From an uncultured Gemmataceae bacterium (lineage in GTDB: Bacteria; Planctomycetota; Planctomycetia; Gemmatales; Gemmataceae), in assembly GCA_963750165.1 (NCBI GenBank), contig CAVVPN010000003.1, positions 2,336,001 through 2,400,000 of the forward strand: a DNA stretch of 64,000 nucleotides, read 5' to 3'. The notes under the pieces are model-generated. The model did no database searches and was not told where the DNA came from. It was given only the letters and a program-made list of their open reading frames with translations. A program made the translations under genes and the position numbers. Below, piece by piece: positions 19,837 to 30,849 of the stretch (positions within the stretch are counted from its first letter, which is position 1; each line of letters begins with the position of its first letter).

Positions 19837-21372
19837 TCAAACCCATCCATCCTTCGGCCCCTCGGCACCGAACCAGCGCTCCGTGATCACTTTCTTTCGC
19901 GTGTAAAAAGCAACGGCGTCGGCACCCTGCGCAAAGAGATCACCGTAAAGCGAACTCTTCCAGCCGCCGAACGGAAAGAACGCCATCGGCGCCGGCACGC
20001 CGAGATTGATGCCGAGCATCCCGGCCTGGATGCGTTCGCGGAAAATGCGGGCCGCGGCACCGGATTGCGTGAAGAGAGAGACCGTGTTGCCGTAGCGGCT
20101 ACGGTTTGTCAACGTGATCGCCGCGTCCAGGTCTGGGGCGCGCATCACGCTTACCACCGGGCCAAAAATCTCCTCCCGGCCGACGAACATCTCCGGTGTT
20201 ACCTCGTCAAAGACCGTCGGCCCGAGGAAGCAACCGCGCGGCCTGTGGGGGACGGTCTGGGAACGGCCGTCGAGGCGAAGCCGGGCTCCTTCCGTCACTC
20301 CGCGCTCGATCGCAGCCCGGATCCGCTTTTCCTCACGTGGGTTCACCACGGGACCGAGCGTCGTGGTGTCGTCCAGGCCGTCTCCCAGTTTGAGTTCACC
20401 CGCCGAGCAGATGAAGGCATCGACGACGGCGTCCTGTCGCACTCGATCGCCGACCGCCACCAGCACGCTCCCGGCCAGACAGCGCTGGCCCGCAGAGCCG
20501 AAGCACGATCCAATCAGGTCGGGCAAGCTGCGCTCCAGGTCGGCATCGGGCAAGACGATCAGATGGTTCTTCGCTCCGCCGTGTGCCTGAACCCGCTTGC
20601 CGTGAGCCGCTGCGGTGCGGTACACCGACTCCGCCACTGCCGACGAGCCGACGAAGGAAACTGCCTGGACATGCGGGTTGGTGATGAGCCGTTCGCTTAC
20701 TTCCTTGCTGCCCTGCACCACGCCGACGACACCCGGCGACAAGCCGGCCTCCGCGAACAGTTCGATGAGTCGGGTGCCGGTGAGCGGTGCCTTCTCGGCA
20801 GGTTTGAGGAGGAACGTGTTCCCGCAGGCGACGGCGAGCGACATCATCCACAGCGGAATCAAGGCCGGGAAATTGAACGGCGGAATGCCGACCACCACAC
20901 CCATCGGTTCGCGGATGGCATGGCAGTCGGCATCCCGCGAAATGTCGGTCAGCGTCTGTCCCATCAGCTGAGAGGGAATGCCGCAGGCAAATTCGACGAC
21001 GTCCATCCCGCGCCGCAGCGCGCCGCGCGCCTCGCTCAACAGCTTGCCGTTTTCGCGAACGATGCTGTGTGCCACGTCCGAGGATTTCTTTTCCAGCAAC
21101 TCGCGGAACTTGAACAGGACGTGAGCCCGCTCCGGCGCCGGCGTGGCGCGCCAGCCAGGGAAGGCACGGGCGGCGGCAGCGCAGGCCTCGTCCACCTGCT
21201 CCGGCGCGGCCTCGCGCACCGGCGCCAGCACCTCGGCCGTGTCCGCCGGATTGCAGATGTCGCGGCTCGTGTTCCCACGGCCCTCGACCCAGGTTCCGCC
21301 GATCAGGTTCAGCGCGGCAGCCGAACGCGAGGATGTGGCAGGCGACCGATCAGGGGCAGCAATGGTGCTCAT
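19837..21372 (-). CDS. mmsA: CoA-acylating methylmalonate-semialdehyde dehydrogenase
   Basis: GIPPFNFPA, VSFVGSS, GKRVQAHGGAKNH, GSAGQRCLA, EEIFGPV and PAPMAFFPFGGWKSS motifs. Confidence 0.9.
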   Translation of the reverse strand: MSTIAAPDRSPATSSRSAAALNLIGGTWVEGRGNTSRDICNPADTAEVLAPVREAAPEQVDEACAAAARAFPGWRATPAPERAHVLFKFRELLEKKSSDVAHSIVRENGKLLSEARGALRRGMDVVEFACGIPSQLMGQTLTDISRDADCHAIREPMGVVVGIPPFNFPALIPLWMMSLAVACGNTFLLKPAEKAPLTGTRLIELFAEAGLSPGVVGVVQGSKEVSERLITNPHVQAVSFVGSSAVAESVYRTAAAHGKRVQAHGGAKNHLIVLPDADLERSLPDLIGSCFGSAGQRCLAGSVLVAVGDRVRQDAVVDAFICSAGELKLGDGLDDTTTLGPVVNPREEKRIRAAIERGVTEGARLRLDGRSQTVPHRPRGCFLGPTVFDEVTPEMFVGREEIFGPVVSVMRAPDLDAAITLTNRSRYGNTVSLFTQSGAAARIFRERIQAGMLGINLGVPAPMAFFPFGGWKSSLYGDLFAQGADAVAFYTRKKVITERWFGAEGPKDGWV

Positions 21373-21465
21373 GAACTCCTCCGGAAGCTGGAGAGTCTGT
21401 TCACGGACAAATGCCCGTCGAATGAATCAGCACATTCACGGACGTGGAGACAGGGAGCGGCCGGT

Positions 21466-22448
<983 letters not shown>

Positions 22449-22652
22449 TGTGCTTCCTCCTCGTGAAGTTATCCGGGGCCTCGCACGGCTTTCCTGAACA
22501 CGAATTCTGCAGACCCGCTGCTCGGATGCGGCAGATCATCGCCGACCGGACCTGGTTCGGGCTTGAAACCTAACCCTGACTCCCTTTCTCTTTTCTTTTT
22601 ATAGAAATTTCCTTCCCTCAAGAGCAGTTCCCAGTCGCGTGGACCACAAACC

Positions 22653-22710
22653 GTGGCATGGCTCTCCAGAGCCGTGGTGGAAACCGCACGGCTCTGGAGA
22701 GCCGTGCCAC
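22653..22710. repeat. GTGG-type REP doublet
   Basis: gtggcatggctctccagagccgtg / cacggctctggagagccgtgccac inverted pair. Confidence 0.75.
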
Positions 22711-23009
22711 GTCGTGTGCGCCTGCCCTGCGTGAACCGCTCTAACCTGATCGACAGTACACTTTCAAGGAAAAGCGCCGAAGGAAAAACGGGGCCGGAAT
22801 GCTCCACAGAAGATTTGCGGTTCGGGCCGTGATGCCGGCGTCCCACCGGCACCACAGCCCAACCATTACCCGATAACGGGGAGGCGATTTTGAAGGGTTG
22901 TTGAAAAAGCGGCAGGGGTATCTGTGCGCCATGACGTGCTGGCAGTAAGGTGTTCACCAGCCCCAAGCGTCAGCGCGGGGAAACGCCGCCTACCATCAGG
23001 GAGGTCCTC

Positions 23010-25485
23010 ATGCACCGCTTCACGTTCGCCGCCCTCGCCGTCAGCGCCCTGGCCGTCCCTCTGCTCGGCCAGCAACCCGCCCCGGACAAGGCAAAACCCA
23101 GGCGCGTCCTGCCCGGCCTGGACGCGACCGGCGCCGTGCGGCTGCACAACCAGTGGTCGCTGCGGCCGGCCGGCAAGCAGGTGGAGCTGGGCGACTTCCC
23201 CGTCGCCGCGGCGCTGCACCCCAGCGGCCAGTGGCTCGCGGTGCTGCACGCCGGCTACGGCCCCCACGAAATCCACATCGTCAACCTCGATTCCACCGGG
23301 CCGCGCGTCGCCAACCGCGTTACGCTGAAGCAGACCTTCGGCGGCCTCGCGTTCACGCCGGACGGCAAGACCCTGCTCGCCGGCGGCGGCGAATTCGATG
23401 TCGTCCACCGCTTTCGCTTTGAAAAAGACGCCGGCCTGCTCGCGGACTACAAATCGCTGGAAATCCCGAAGAAGACTGACAAGTTCATCCCCAATGGGAT
23501 GGCGGTGAGTCCGGACGGCAAGACCGTGTACGTCGCCGGCACCTGGGGCCACGCCGTCAGCGTGCTCTACCCGGACGAGCCCAAACGTGCCGGGTACGTC
23601 CCGCTCGGCAAGGACAGTTACCCTTACGGCTGCCTGCTCGACAAGGCGGGTGAAACGCTGTACGTCAGCCTGTGGAACAAGGCCCAGGTGGCGGTGATCA
23701 ATTTGAAATTGAAAACAGTCGTCCGCCACTTCAGCACCGAGAAACACCCGACCGAAATGCTGCTGTCGCCGGACGGCAAGGCCCTGTTCGTCGCCTGCAG
23801 CAACTCGACGCAGGTGAGCGTCGTCAGCGTGGCCGACGGCAAGAACCTGGAGACGATCCACTGCGCCCTGTACCCGAAGGCGCCCAGCGGCAACACGCCG
23901 AACAGCCTGGCGCTGACGCCGGGCGGCGAGCTGCTGTTCGTGACCAACGCGGACGCCAACAACGTCGCCGTCTTCAACGTCAGCAAGCCGGGCAAGGCGA
24001 AGCCGCTCGGCTTCATCCCGGCCGGCATGTACCCGACGGCGGTGCGCCTCGACGCGGCCGCCAAGAAGCTGTACGTCGTCAACGCCCGCGGCATCATGCC
24101 GAAGTCAAACCGCCACGGCCCCAATCCGATCAAGCTCGGCTACGGCGGCATCCGCGAGTACATCGGCGGCCTGTACCGCGGCACCCTGAGCGTGCTGGAC
24201 ATCCCCACCGAGGAGCGTATGGTCGCCTACACGCAGCAGGCGCTGCTGTGCAGTCCGCTGCGGCCCGACGCGGGCGCCACCGGCGAGCGGCCCGCGGACA
24301 GTCCCATTCCCGCGAAGGTCGGCGACGCCAGCCCGATCAAGCACTGCATCTACATCATCCGCGAGAACCGCACTTACGATCAGGTTCTCGGCGACATCAA
24401 GGAGGGCAACGGCGACGCGAGCCTGTGCATTTTCCCGGAGAAGGTAACGCCCAACGCCCACCGGCTGGCGCGGCAGTTCGTGCTGCTCGACAACTTTTAC
24501 GTTGACGGCGAGGTGTCTGCGGACGGCCACGAATGGAGCATGGGCGCGTACGCCACGGACTTCGTCAAGAAGGTGTGGCCGCTCGCCTACCGTGGCAGCC
24601 CGACGAAAAAGATGAACATTTACCCGTCCGAGGGCATGCACGACGACATCGAACGGCCGGCGGGCGGCTATATCTGGGACCGCTGCGCCGAGGCGAAGGT
24701 CAGCTACCGCAGCTACGGCGAATGGGTCGAGAACGGCAAGACGCCGAAGGACCCGGCGAAGGCGCGCGTCAAGGCGCTGGAGGGCCACATTGACCCGTGG
24801 TTCCGCAGTTACGACCTGGACTACCCCGACGTGAAGCGGGCGGAGCGTTTCATTGAAGAGCTGAAGGGCTTCGAGAAGCAGGGCGAGATGCCGCAGTTCA
24901 TGGTGGTGCGACTGCCGAACGACCACACCTACGGCACCCGGGTCGGCAAGCCGACACCGACCGCGATGGTCGCGGAGAATGACCACGCGCTCGGGCTGAC
25001 CATCGAGGCGATTACCAGGAGCAAGTTCTGGAAGGACACGGCGATCTTCGTGCTGGAGGATGACGCCCAGAACGGCTCCGATCACGTGGACGCGCACCGC
25101 AGCGTGGCCCTGGTCATCAGCCCGTACACCAAACGCAAATATGTTGATTCGACGATGTACTCGACGACCAGCATGTTGCGGACGATGGGGCTGATTCTGG
25201 GGCTGCGGCCGATGAGCCAGTTCGATGCGGCGGCGACGCCGATGTACCACGCCTTCCAGGCCAAGCCAGACCTGACGCCGTATACGCATGTGGTGCCGGA
25301 CGTGGGCATGAAGGCGAAGAACACCGCCCAGGCGTGGGGCGCCGAACTGTCGGCGAAGATGGATTTTTCCGTCGAGGACGCGGCGGATGATTTGCTGTTG
25401 AATGAAGTGATCTGGCGCTCGGTGCGCAGGCCCGAACTCGCCGATGCCGCCGCCGGTGCGCTCCGCGTTCGTGTATCCGAAATAG
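23010..25485 (+). CDS. YncE/YVTN beta-propeller fused to a phosphoesterase (alkaline-phosphatase superfamily) domain; small C-terminal frameshift near 25428
   Basis: Signal peptide, SPDGK repeats, YIIRENRTYDQVLGD, VSADGH and EDDAQNGSDHVDAHRS. Removing one base gives the expected end SVRGPNSPMPPPVRSAFVYPK*. Confidence 0.85.
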
Positions 25486-25505
25486 CCGTGAGGGATAAGC
25501 GCGCA

Positions 25506-25618
25506 TTATTCACCGCGGAGAACGCAGCGAGCGCAGAGAGACGACAAAGAAATGGATAAACCATTCTTTGTCTTCTCGCTGCGCTCTTTGCGCTCTCTGC
25601 GCTCTCCGCGGTGAATAA
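25506..25618. repeat. Inverted-repeat element (CACCGCGGAGA...CTCCGCGGTG type) between convergent genes
   Basis: 16-bp terminal IR ttattcaccgcggaga / tctccgcggtgaataa with internal 9-mer-like gcgcagag repeats. Confidence 0.75.
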
Positions 25619-25625
25619 ATCCTGC

Positions 25626-26254
25626 TTAGCGGCCGTTGTTGCCATACCAGTAGCTCGGCGCCTGGCCATAGTTCGGCGTGTTATAGCCGTAGTTCTGATA
25701 ATAGTTCGGCTGATAGCCGACGTAGCCGTTGGCGGGGTAGTTGCCGTAGCCCTGGTAGGCAGCCGCCTGCATCACGCCGTAGTTATACAGGTAGGGGTTG
25801 TAGCCCCAGTAGTAGGCAGCGGGGTTCAGCTGGGCGGGGTTGGGTGGCGTGAACTGCGGACCAGACGGCGGACCTTGCGGCAGCTGCTTCGCGGGCGACA
25901 TCTGGGCGCGGCGGCCTGCGGCTGCAGGACGGTGCCCGGGGCGGGCAGGCAACCGCCGTCGCCGCAGAAGCCCATCGTGCAGGACGGCGCGCCGCAGCCG
26001 GTGAAGCACGACGGCATGGCCGGCGGCGGGCAGCAGCCGCTGAACTGGCCGCCGCTCATCATCAGCGGGCAGCAGCCGTCGGCCATGATGTTGCCATAGC
26101 ATACCGGGCTGAAAGCGTTGTACGGCCGAATGCAGATGTACGTGGAATACTTGCTGCAGCGACAGCGCCAGCAGCGCAACCCGGCGGACGACACTTGCGG
26201 GAGCACGCCGAGTACCGTCATGCTCAGCAGGCTCAGAAAGAGAAGTTTTTTCAT
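25626..26254 (-). CDS. Secreted Cys-rich/Pro-rich/Tyr-rich low-complexity protein (frameshift near 25907)
   Basis: MKKLLFLSLL signal peptide and Cys-rich N-part. Adding one C joins it to the YYWGYNPYLYNYG...PSYWYGNNGR* tail. Confidence 0.65.
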
Positions 26255-26491
26255 GGCGCGGTGGGTATCCGAGTGTGGGGGCGGACGCCCCAGTCCACCG
26301 TCCTGGTGGCGAGCGTGCGCCCGTGATCCGCTGGAAATTTACCACCCGTCCCGAACCGGTGCGGCGGCGGCGACGACTTTTTTTCGCCGCCGCCGTCGCC
26401 GCGCCCGGGCGCGACAGGCGCATTGCGCGGATCCCACCGCGGTCGCAGAACGCGCCGAGAAAACGGCGCCGGCGGCGATTTTCGCTCAAGT

Positions 26492-27340
26492 TCACGCGGC
26501 GGCTGCTGGCCGCTTGACCCGGCGCATGTCGAGCACGGGAATGGTGGACAGAATGTCGCGCGTGGTGAGCAGCGCCTTGTCGGCGGACTCGCGCGCCGTC
26601 GGCTCGCTGCCGATGGCGACGTGCCAGGCCTGCAGCACCTGATGAACGCGCTCGCGGCGAGCGGCGTCGAGGATGCCGGCGCACTGCGCCGCGGTGAGCA
26701 GCCGTTCGGGGTCGGTCGGCGCCTCGTGGTAGTCGTGCGCCAGCAGGGCGCGCTGCAACCGGGTCTCCAGCGCCTTCCACGACTCGATGACGGCCAGGTC
26801 AAAGTGATCGCCGGCGAACATCTCCTGGGCGCGGTTGAGCGCTTCGGCCTCGCGCTCGACCAGTTGCGACATGCGGGAGGCGACGTCCTGGGCGCTGAGC
26901 CGGCCGCGCAGCCAGAGGGCGCCGGCCTGCGTGACTAGCAGCCAGAAGACGCCCAGGCCCAGCGGCACCCACGGGGCGACGCGCGCCACCCAGGCGATGT
27001 CGCTGTGCTTGAGCAGCTGGTTCTCCAGGAGGTAGGCCAGGTACAGACCGCCGTAGAACGGCGGCAGCAGCAGGGCGACGGCGTAGATGTAGTTGCCGAG
27101 GCGCTCCGCCGTGCCGGCCCAGCGGGCGCTAAGCAGCATCAGGCTGTAGAAGTAGACCACCAGCGCCACCAGGCCCGCCAGGACGCCGTAGACGAGGCCG
27201 ATGCTCAGATAAATTTTGTTCTCGTCGAAGCCGTAATCGAAGCCCACGTGCTGGATCTTCTCCACGAGCGGGTGCAGAGCGAACAGCGTGCCCAGCAGCA
27301 CCAGCGTGAGATGCATCTTCGTCCTGGTGAACTCGGTCAT
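26492..27340 (-). CDS. Four-TM membrane protein with C-terminal HEPN/DUF4145-like helical domain
   Basis: Four hydrophobic segments, then A..MF..DHFDLAVIESWKALETRL...A...GIL...A.KAL..TRDIL, a HEPN-like helix pattern. Confidence 0.65.
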   Translation of the reverse strand: MTEFTRTKMHLTLVLLGTLFALHPLVEKIQHVGFDYGFDENKIYLSIGLVYGVLAGLVALVVYFYSLMLLSARWAGTAERLGNYIYAVALLLPPFYGGLYLAYLLENQLLKHSDIAWVARVAPWVPLGLGVFWLLVTQAGALWLRGRLSAQDVASRMSQLVEREAEALNRAQEMFAGDHFDLAVIESWKALETRLQRALLAHDYHEAPTDPERLLTAAQCAGILDAARRERVHQVLQAWHVAIGSEPTARESADKALLTTRDILSTIPVLDMRRVKRPAAAA

Positions 27341-27561
27341 TGATGGGACTCGCCAAATGGGTCGGCGCGGCCCGTGCGCGTGTGAGAGGACGCGCTCCGG
27401 GCCGCGTCTGGCGGATATTGTAGGGCGGGGCGTCAATCTAATCTGACGATCACCGCTGTTCAATCTTGTAGTGGTGGTCCTGGCCGAGCAGCCACACCAC
27501 GTCACGGGGGCGGTCCACGATCAGGGGGAAATCTGGCCGTCCCGGATTTTGGTGAAAGTCT

Positions 27562-27738
27562 TTACGCCGAAGGCGTTGGATAACAAAGCCCGGGGTCGCG
27601 CAGCGCACCCCGGGAACCGAACGTCATTAATTGGCTTACGCCGAAGGCGTTACATCAATTCCCCGGTGTTAACGTGATAGCTCTCCCCGGGGTGCGCTGC
27701 GCGACTCCGGGCTTTGTTATCCAACGCCTTCGGCGTAA
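27562..27738. repeat. REPIN-like element (TACGCCGAAGGCGT family)
   Basis: ~53-bp inverted arms ttacgccgaaggcgttggataacaaagcccggggtcgcgcagcgcaccccggg and complement (1 mismatch), plus a central tacgccgaaggcgtt copy. Confidence 0.85.
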
Positions 27739-27811
27739 CAATACCAACGTCATGGTACAGTTGCTTGGTAGTAGCGATGATCACGGTAACCTACTTCCCC
27801 AAGTTTACGGC

Positions 27812-30400
27812 TCACGCCCCGTGGAAATCCACCTCCGCCTCCAGCGCGTGCTTCTGAATGAAGTCGCGGCGCGGCTCGACCTTCTCGCCCATCAGCGTGC
27901 GAAACATGTCGTCCGCCTTCATCGCGTCGTCCAGCTGCACCCGCAGCAGCGTCCGCTTCGCCGGGTCCAGCGTCGTCTCCCACAGCTCGCCGGGATCCAT
28001 TTCGCCCAGTCCCTTGAAGCGCGTCACCGACAGGCCGCGCTCGCCGGTCTTACGCACCTCCGCCACCAGGCTGCGCAGGTCCGTCAGCCAGCGCTGCGCC
28101 TCGCCATTCTCCAGCCGGAAGCGCTGCGGTGGCTCGCGTCCAGCCACGCGCTCCAGCGGCACCAGGTCCGCCCCGCTCATCCCGAACTCGCGCAGCCGTT
28201 CCAGACCGCGGTTGATGGCGCGCACCTCGTGCAACTCCTGCACGTGCAGCGTCACCGCCGGGTGGCCGTTGCCGTTGACGGGAGCCTGCCCGTCCGCACC
28301 GGCCACCGGCGTCACGGCTCGCAGCTCATCGCCGACCACGAGCGGGTGGCCCAGCTCTGCTTCCTTCGCCTGGCGGAAGGCGTCCAGCTCCGCCTGCGTC
28401 CGGAACCACTGCTCGCCGGTGCCCAGCGTCACGCGGTAGACCGGCAGTCCCTGGTCGGTTGCCCGCGCCAGAAAATCCTTCAGGCTCAGGCCGCGCCGCA
28501 CCAGGATTTCCAGCGGCTCCGCGACGTCGTTCAGCACCCCCACCAGCCGCTCCAGCTGTTCGCCCTCCAACACCGCCGCCGGCCGCGGGTGCATCCCCGT
28601 CATGCCCAGCACCGCGTCGGCCGTCAACTCCTGCAACCGCAGCCGCGTGCCGTCCAGGCCGCGCCGCATCAACTCCTGCGTCATTGCCTCCGCCGTCTGC
28701 ACGAAGCGCACCTGCTTCTTCTGCGTCACCTTGTACAGGGGCGGCCGCGCCACGTACACGTGCCCGTCCTCGATCAGCTTGCGCATCTGCCGGTAGAAGA
28801 ACGTCAGCAGCAGCGTGCGGATGTGCTGGCCGTCCACGTCGGCGTCGGTCAGGATGACGATCTTGCCGTAGCGCGGGTTCGCCGGCTCCTCGCTGTAGCC
28901 GATGTCCACGCCCACCGCCGAGATCAGATTGCAAATCTCCTCGTTGCCCAGCACCTTCTCCGGCCGCGCCTTCTCGACGTTCAGCACCTTGCCGCGCAAC
29001 GGCAGAATCGCCTGGTAAAAGCGGTCGCGTCCGCTCTCGGCCGAGCCGCCGGCGGACTGGCCCTCCACCAGGAACAGCTCCGACTCGTCACGGTCGCGAC
29101 TGGTGCAGTCCATCAGCTTGCCGGGCAGGCCGCCGGAGTTCAGGATGTTCTTGCGGTCCTTCATCGCCTTGCGCACCTTGGCCGCGGCCTCGCGCGCCTG
29201 GGCGGACAACTCCACCTTCTTGATGATGCGCAGGGCGTCCTTTGGGTTCTCCTCCAGGAACGTGCCCAGTTGCTCGCTCACCACGCTGATGACGGCGCCC
29301 TCGACCTCGGGGTTGTTCAACTTGACCTTTGTCTGCGACTCGAACTGCGGATCGGGCACCTGCACGCTGACGATGGCCGTCAGCCCTTCGCGAAAGTCCT
29401 CGCCCTTGGGTTCGACGTTCTTGAACAGCCCTTCCTTGGTACCGTAACTGTTGAGTGTCTTCGTCATGGCGGCGCGGAAGCCGCTCAGGTGCGTGCCGCC
29501 GCCGGGGTTGTGGGCGTTGTTGGCGTAGCAGTACACCTTCTCCTCGTCGCTGTCGGTGTATTGCAGGGCCACTTCCACGCGGATGTCGTCAATCGTCTTC
29601 TCGATGTAAATCGGCTTGTGCAGCGTCGTGACATCGGCGCGCTTGGTCAGGTACTCGACAAACTCGGACACGCCGCCGGCGTAGTGGAACGTTTCTTCCT
29701 TGTTGATGCGCTCGTCGGCCAGCTTGATAACCAGGCCCTTGTTGAGAAACGCCAGTTCGCGCAGGTGCGTCTCCAGGGTGTCGTACTTGAACTCAATGTG
29801 GTGGAAAATCTGCGGGTCCGGCTTGAACTTGACGGTGGTGCCGGTGCGCTTGCCGGCGGCGCCGATTTCAGTGACCGGCGTGATCGCCTTGCCGCGCTCG
29901 TACTCTTGCTGATACACCTTGCCGTTGCGGCGCACCTCCGCCAGCGTCCACTCGCTCAGGGCCGTCACCGCCTTGGCGCCCATGCCGTGCAGGCCGGCGG
30001 AGACCTTGTAGACGCCCTTGTCAAACTTGCCGCCGGCGCCGACGGTGGTCATCGCCACCTCCAACGTCGATCGTTTTTCTTCCGGGTGCATTTCCACGGG
30101 GATGCCGCGGCCGTCATCCATGACGCTAACGCTGCCGTCCACGTTGATCTTCACCTGGATGGTGCGGCAGAAGCCAGCCAGAGCCTCGTCCACGCTGTTG
30201 TAAACCAGTTCATAGACGAGGTGGTGCAGGCCCTTGCTGCCGGTGTCGCCGATGTACATGCCGGGCCGCTTGCGGATGTGAGCGGCGTTCTTCAGCACCT
30301 GCATGCTCTCTTCGGTGTACTCCTCAACGCCGGCCTGGTGGGCCGCCCGCTCCTCCGCGGTCAACTCGTCGGCCACAACCACGTTCGCTTGCTCGCTCAT
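27812..30400 (-). CDS. gyrB: DNA gyrase subunit B
   Basis: IRKRPGMYIG, DDGRGIPV, GGTHLSGF, FESQTK, LVEGQSAGGSA, PLRGKVLNVEK, TDADVDGQHI and RFKGLGEM motifs. Confidence 0.97.
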   Translation of the reverse strand: MSEQANVVVADELTAEERAAHQAGVEEYTEESMQVLKNAAHIRKRPGMYIGDTGSKGLHHLVYELVYNSVDEALAGFCRTIQVKINVDGSVSVMDDGRGIPVEMHPEEKRSTLEVAMTTVGAGGKFDKGVYKVSAGLHGMGAKAVTALSEWTLAEVRRNGKVYQQEYERGKAITPVTEIGAAGKRTGTTVKFKPDPQIFHHIEFKYDTLETHLRELAFLNKGLVIKLADERINKEETFHYAGGVSEFVEYLTKRADVTTLHKPIYIEKTIDDIRVEVALQYTDSDEEKVYCYANNAHNPGGGTHLSGFRAAMTKTLNSYGTKEGLFKNVEPKGEDFREGLTAIVSVQVPDPQFESQTKVKLNNPEVEGAVISVVSEQLGTFLEENPKDALRIIKKVELSAQAREAAAKVRKAMKDRKNILNSGGLPGKLMDCTSRDRDESELFLVEGQSAGGSAESGRDRFYQAILPLRGKVLNVEKARPEKVLGNEEICNLISAVGVDIGYSEEPANPRYGKIVILTDADVDGQHIRTLLLTFFYRQMRKLIEDGHVYVARPPLYKVTQKKQVRFVQTAEAMTQELMRRGLDGTRLRLQELTADAVLGMTGMHPRPAAVLEGEQLERLVGVLNDVAEPLEILVRRGLSLKDFLARATDQGLPVYRVTLGTGEQWFRTQAELDAFRQAKEAELGHPLVVGDELRAVTPVAGADGQAPVNGNGHPAVTLHVQELHEVRAINRGLERLREFGMSGADLVPLERVAGREPPQRFRLENGEAQRWLTDLRSLVAEVRKTGERGLSVTRFKGLGEMDPGELWETTLDPAKRTLLRVQLDDAMKADDMFRTLMGEKVEPRRDFIQKHALEAEVDFHGA

Positions 30401-30441
30401 TGCGGTTCCTCACTGTCGAATGCCCCGGCTGGGGCGCTTGT

Positions 30442-30774
30442 TTACGGTTCAGTGTTCCACGTCCCGGCGCAGAAGCGCAGGTCGGTCAGAGTGGTGTTGG
30501 ACAGCCGGCCGCGCAGCAGTTGCAGCAGCCGTTTCTTGTGGAAGTGGGCCAGCTCCTGCAACAGCACCGCGTTGGCGACCTCCACCTCCAGCACGCCGCG
30601 GCGCAGAGCCACGACGCGCGTGTGCGGGGCGAACTCCGGCCCGACCGCCTCGGCCCAGGCACGCTCCAGGTGCAGCCGGCCCTGCCGCCGACCCCAGCCG
30701 CGCGCCGTGAACAACCGGGCGAGGATTTCGCCCAGCGGCTCGGGGCCCTTGTCGGGGTTCTTGCCCTTGGCCAT
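30442..30774 (-). CDS. DUF721/DciA family protein
   Basis: P..LGEIL...W.EAVG......T....LR.GVLEVEV...LLQEL motif, located between dnaN and gyrB. Confidence 0.85.
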   Translation of the reverse strand: MAKGKNPDKGPEPLGEILARLFTARGWGRRQGRLHLERAWAEAVGPEFAPHTRVVALRRGVLEVEVANAVLLQELAHFHKKRLLQLLRGRLSNTTLTDLRFCAGTWNTEP

Positions 30775-30785
30775 GCGCACTCCTC

Positions 30786-30842
30786 GTGGGGCAGGCTTTC
30801 CAGCCTGCCGACCTGAATGGCAGGCTGGAAAGCCTGCCCCAC
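30786..30842. repeat. GTGG-type REP doublet
   Basis: Perfect 24-bp IR gtggggcaggctttccagcctgcc / ggcaggctggaaagcctgccccac. Confidence 0.85.
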
Positions 30843-30849
30843 GACCGGA

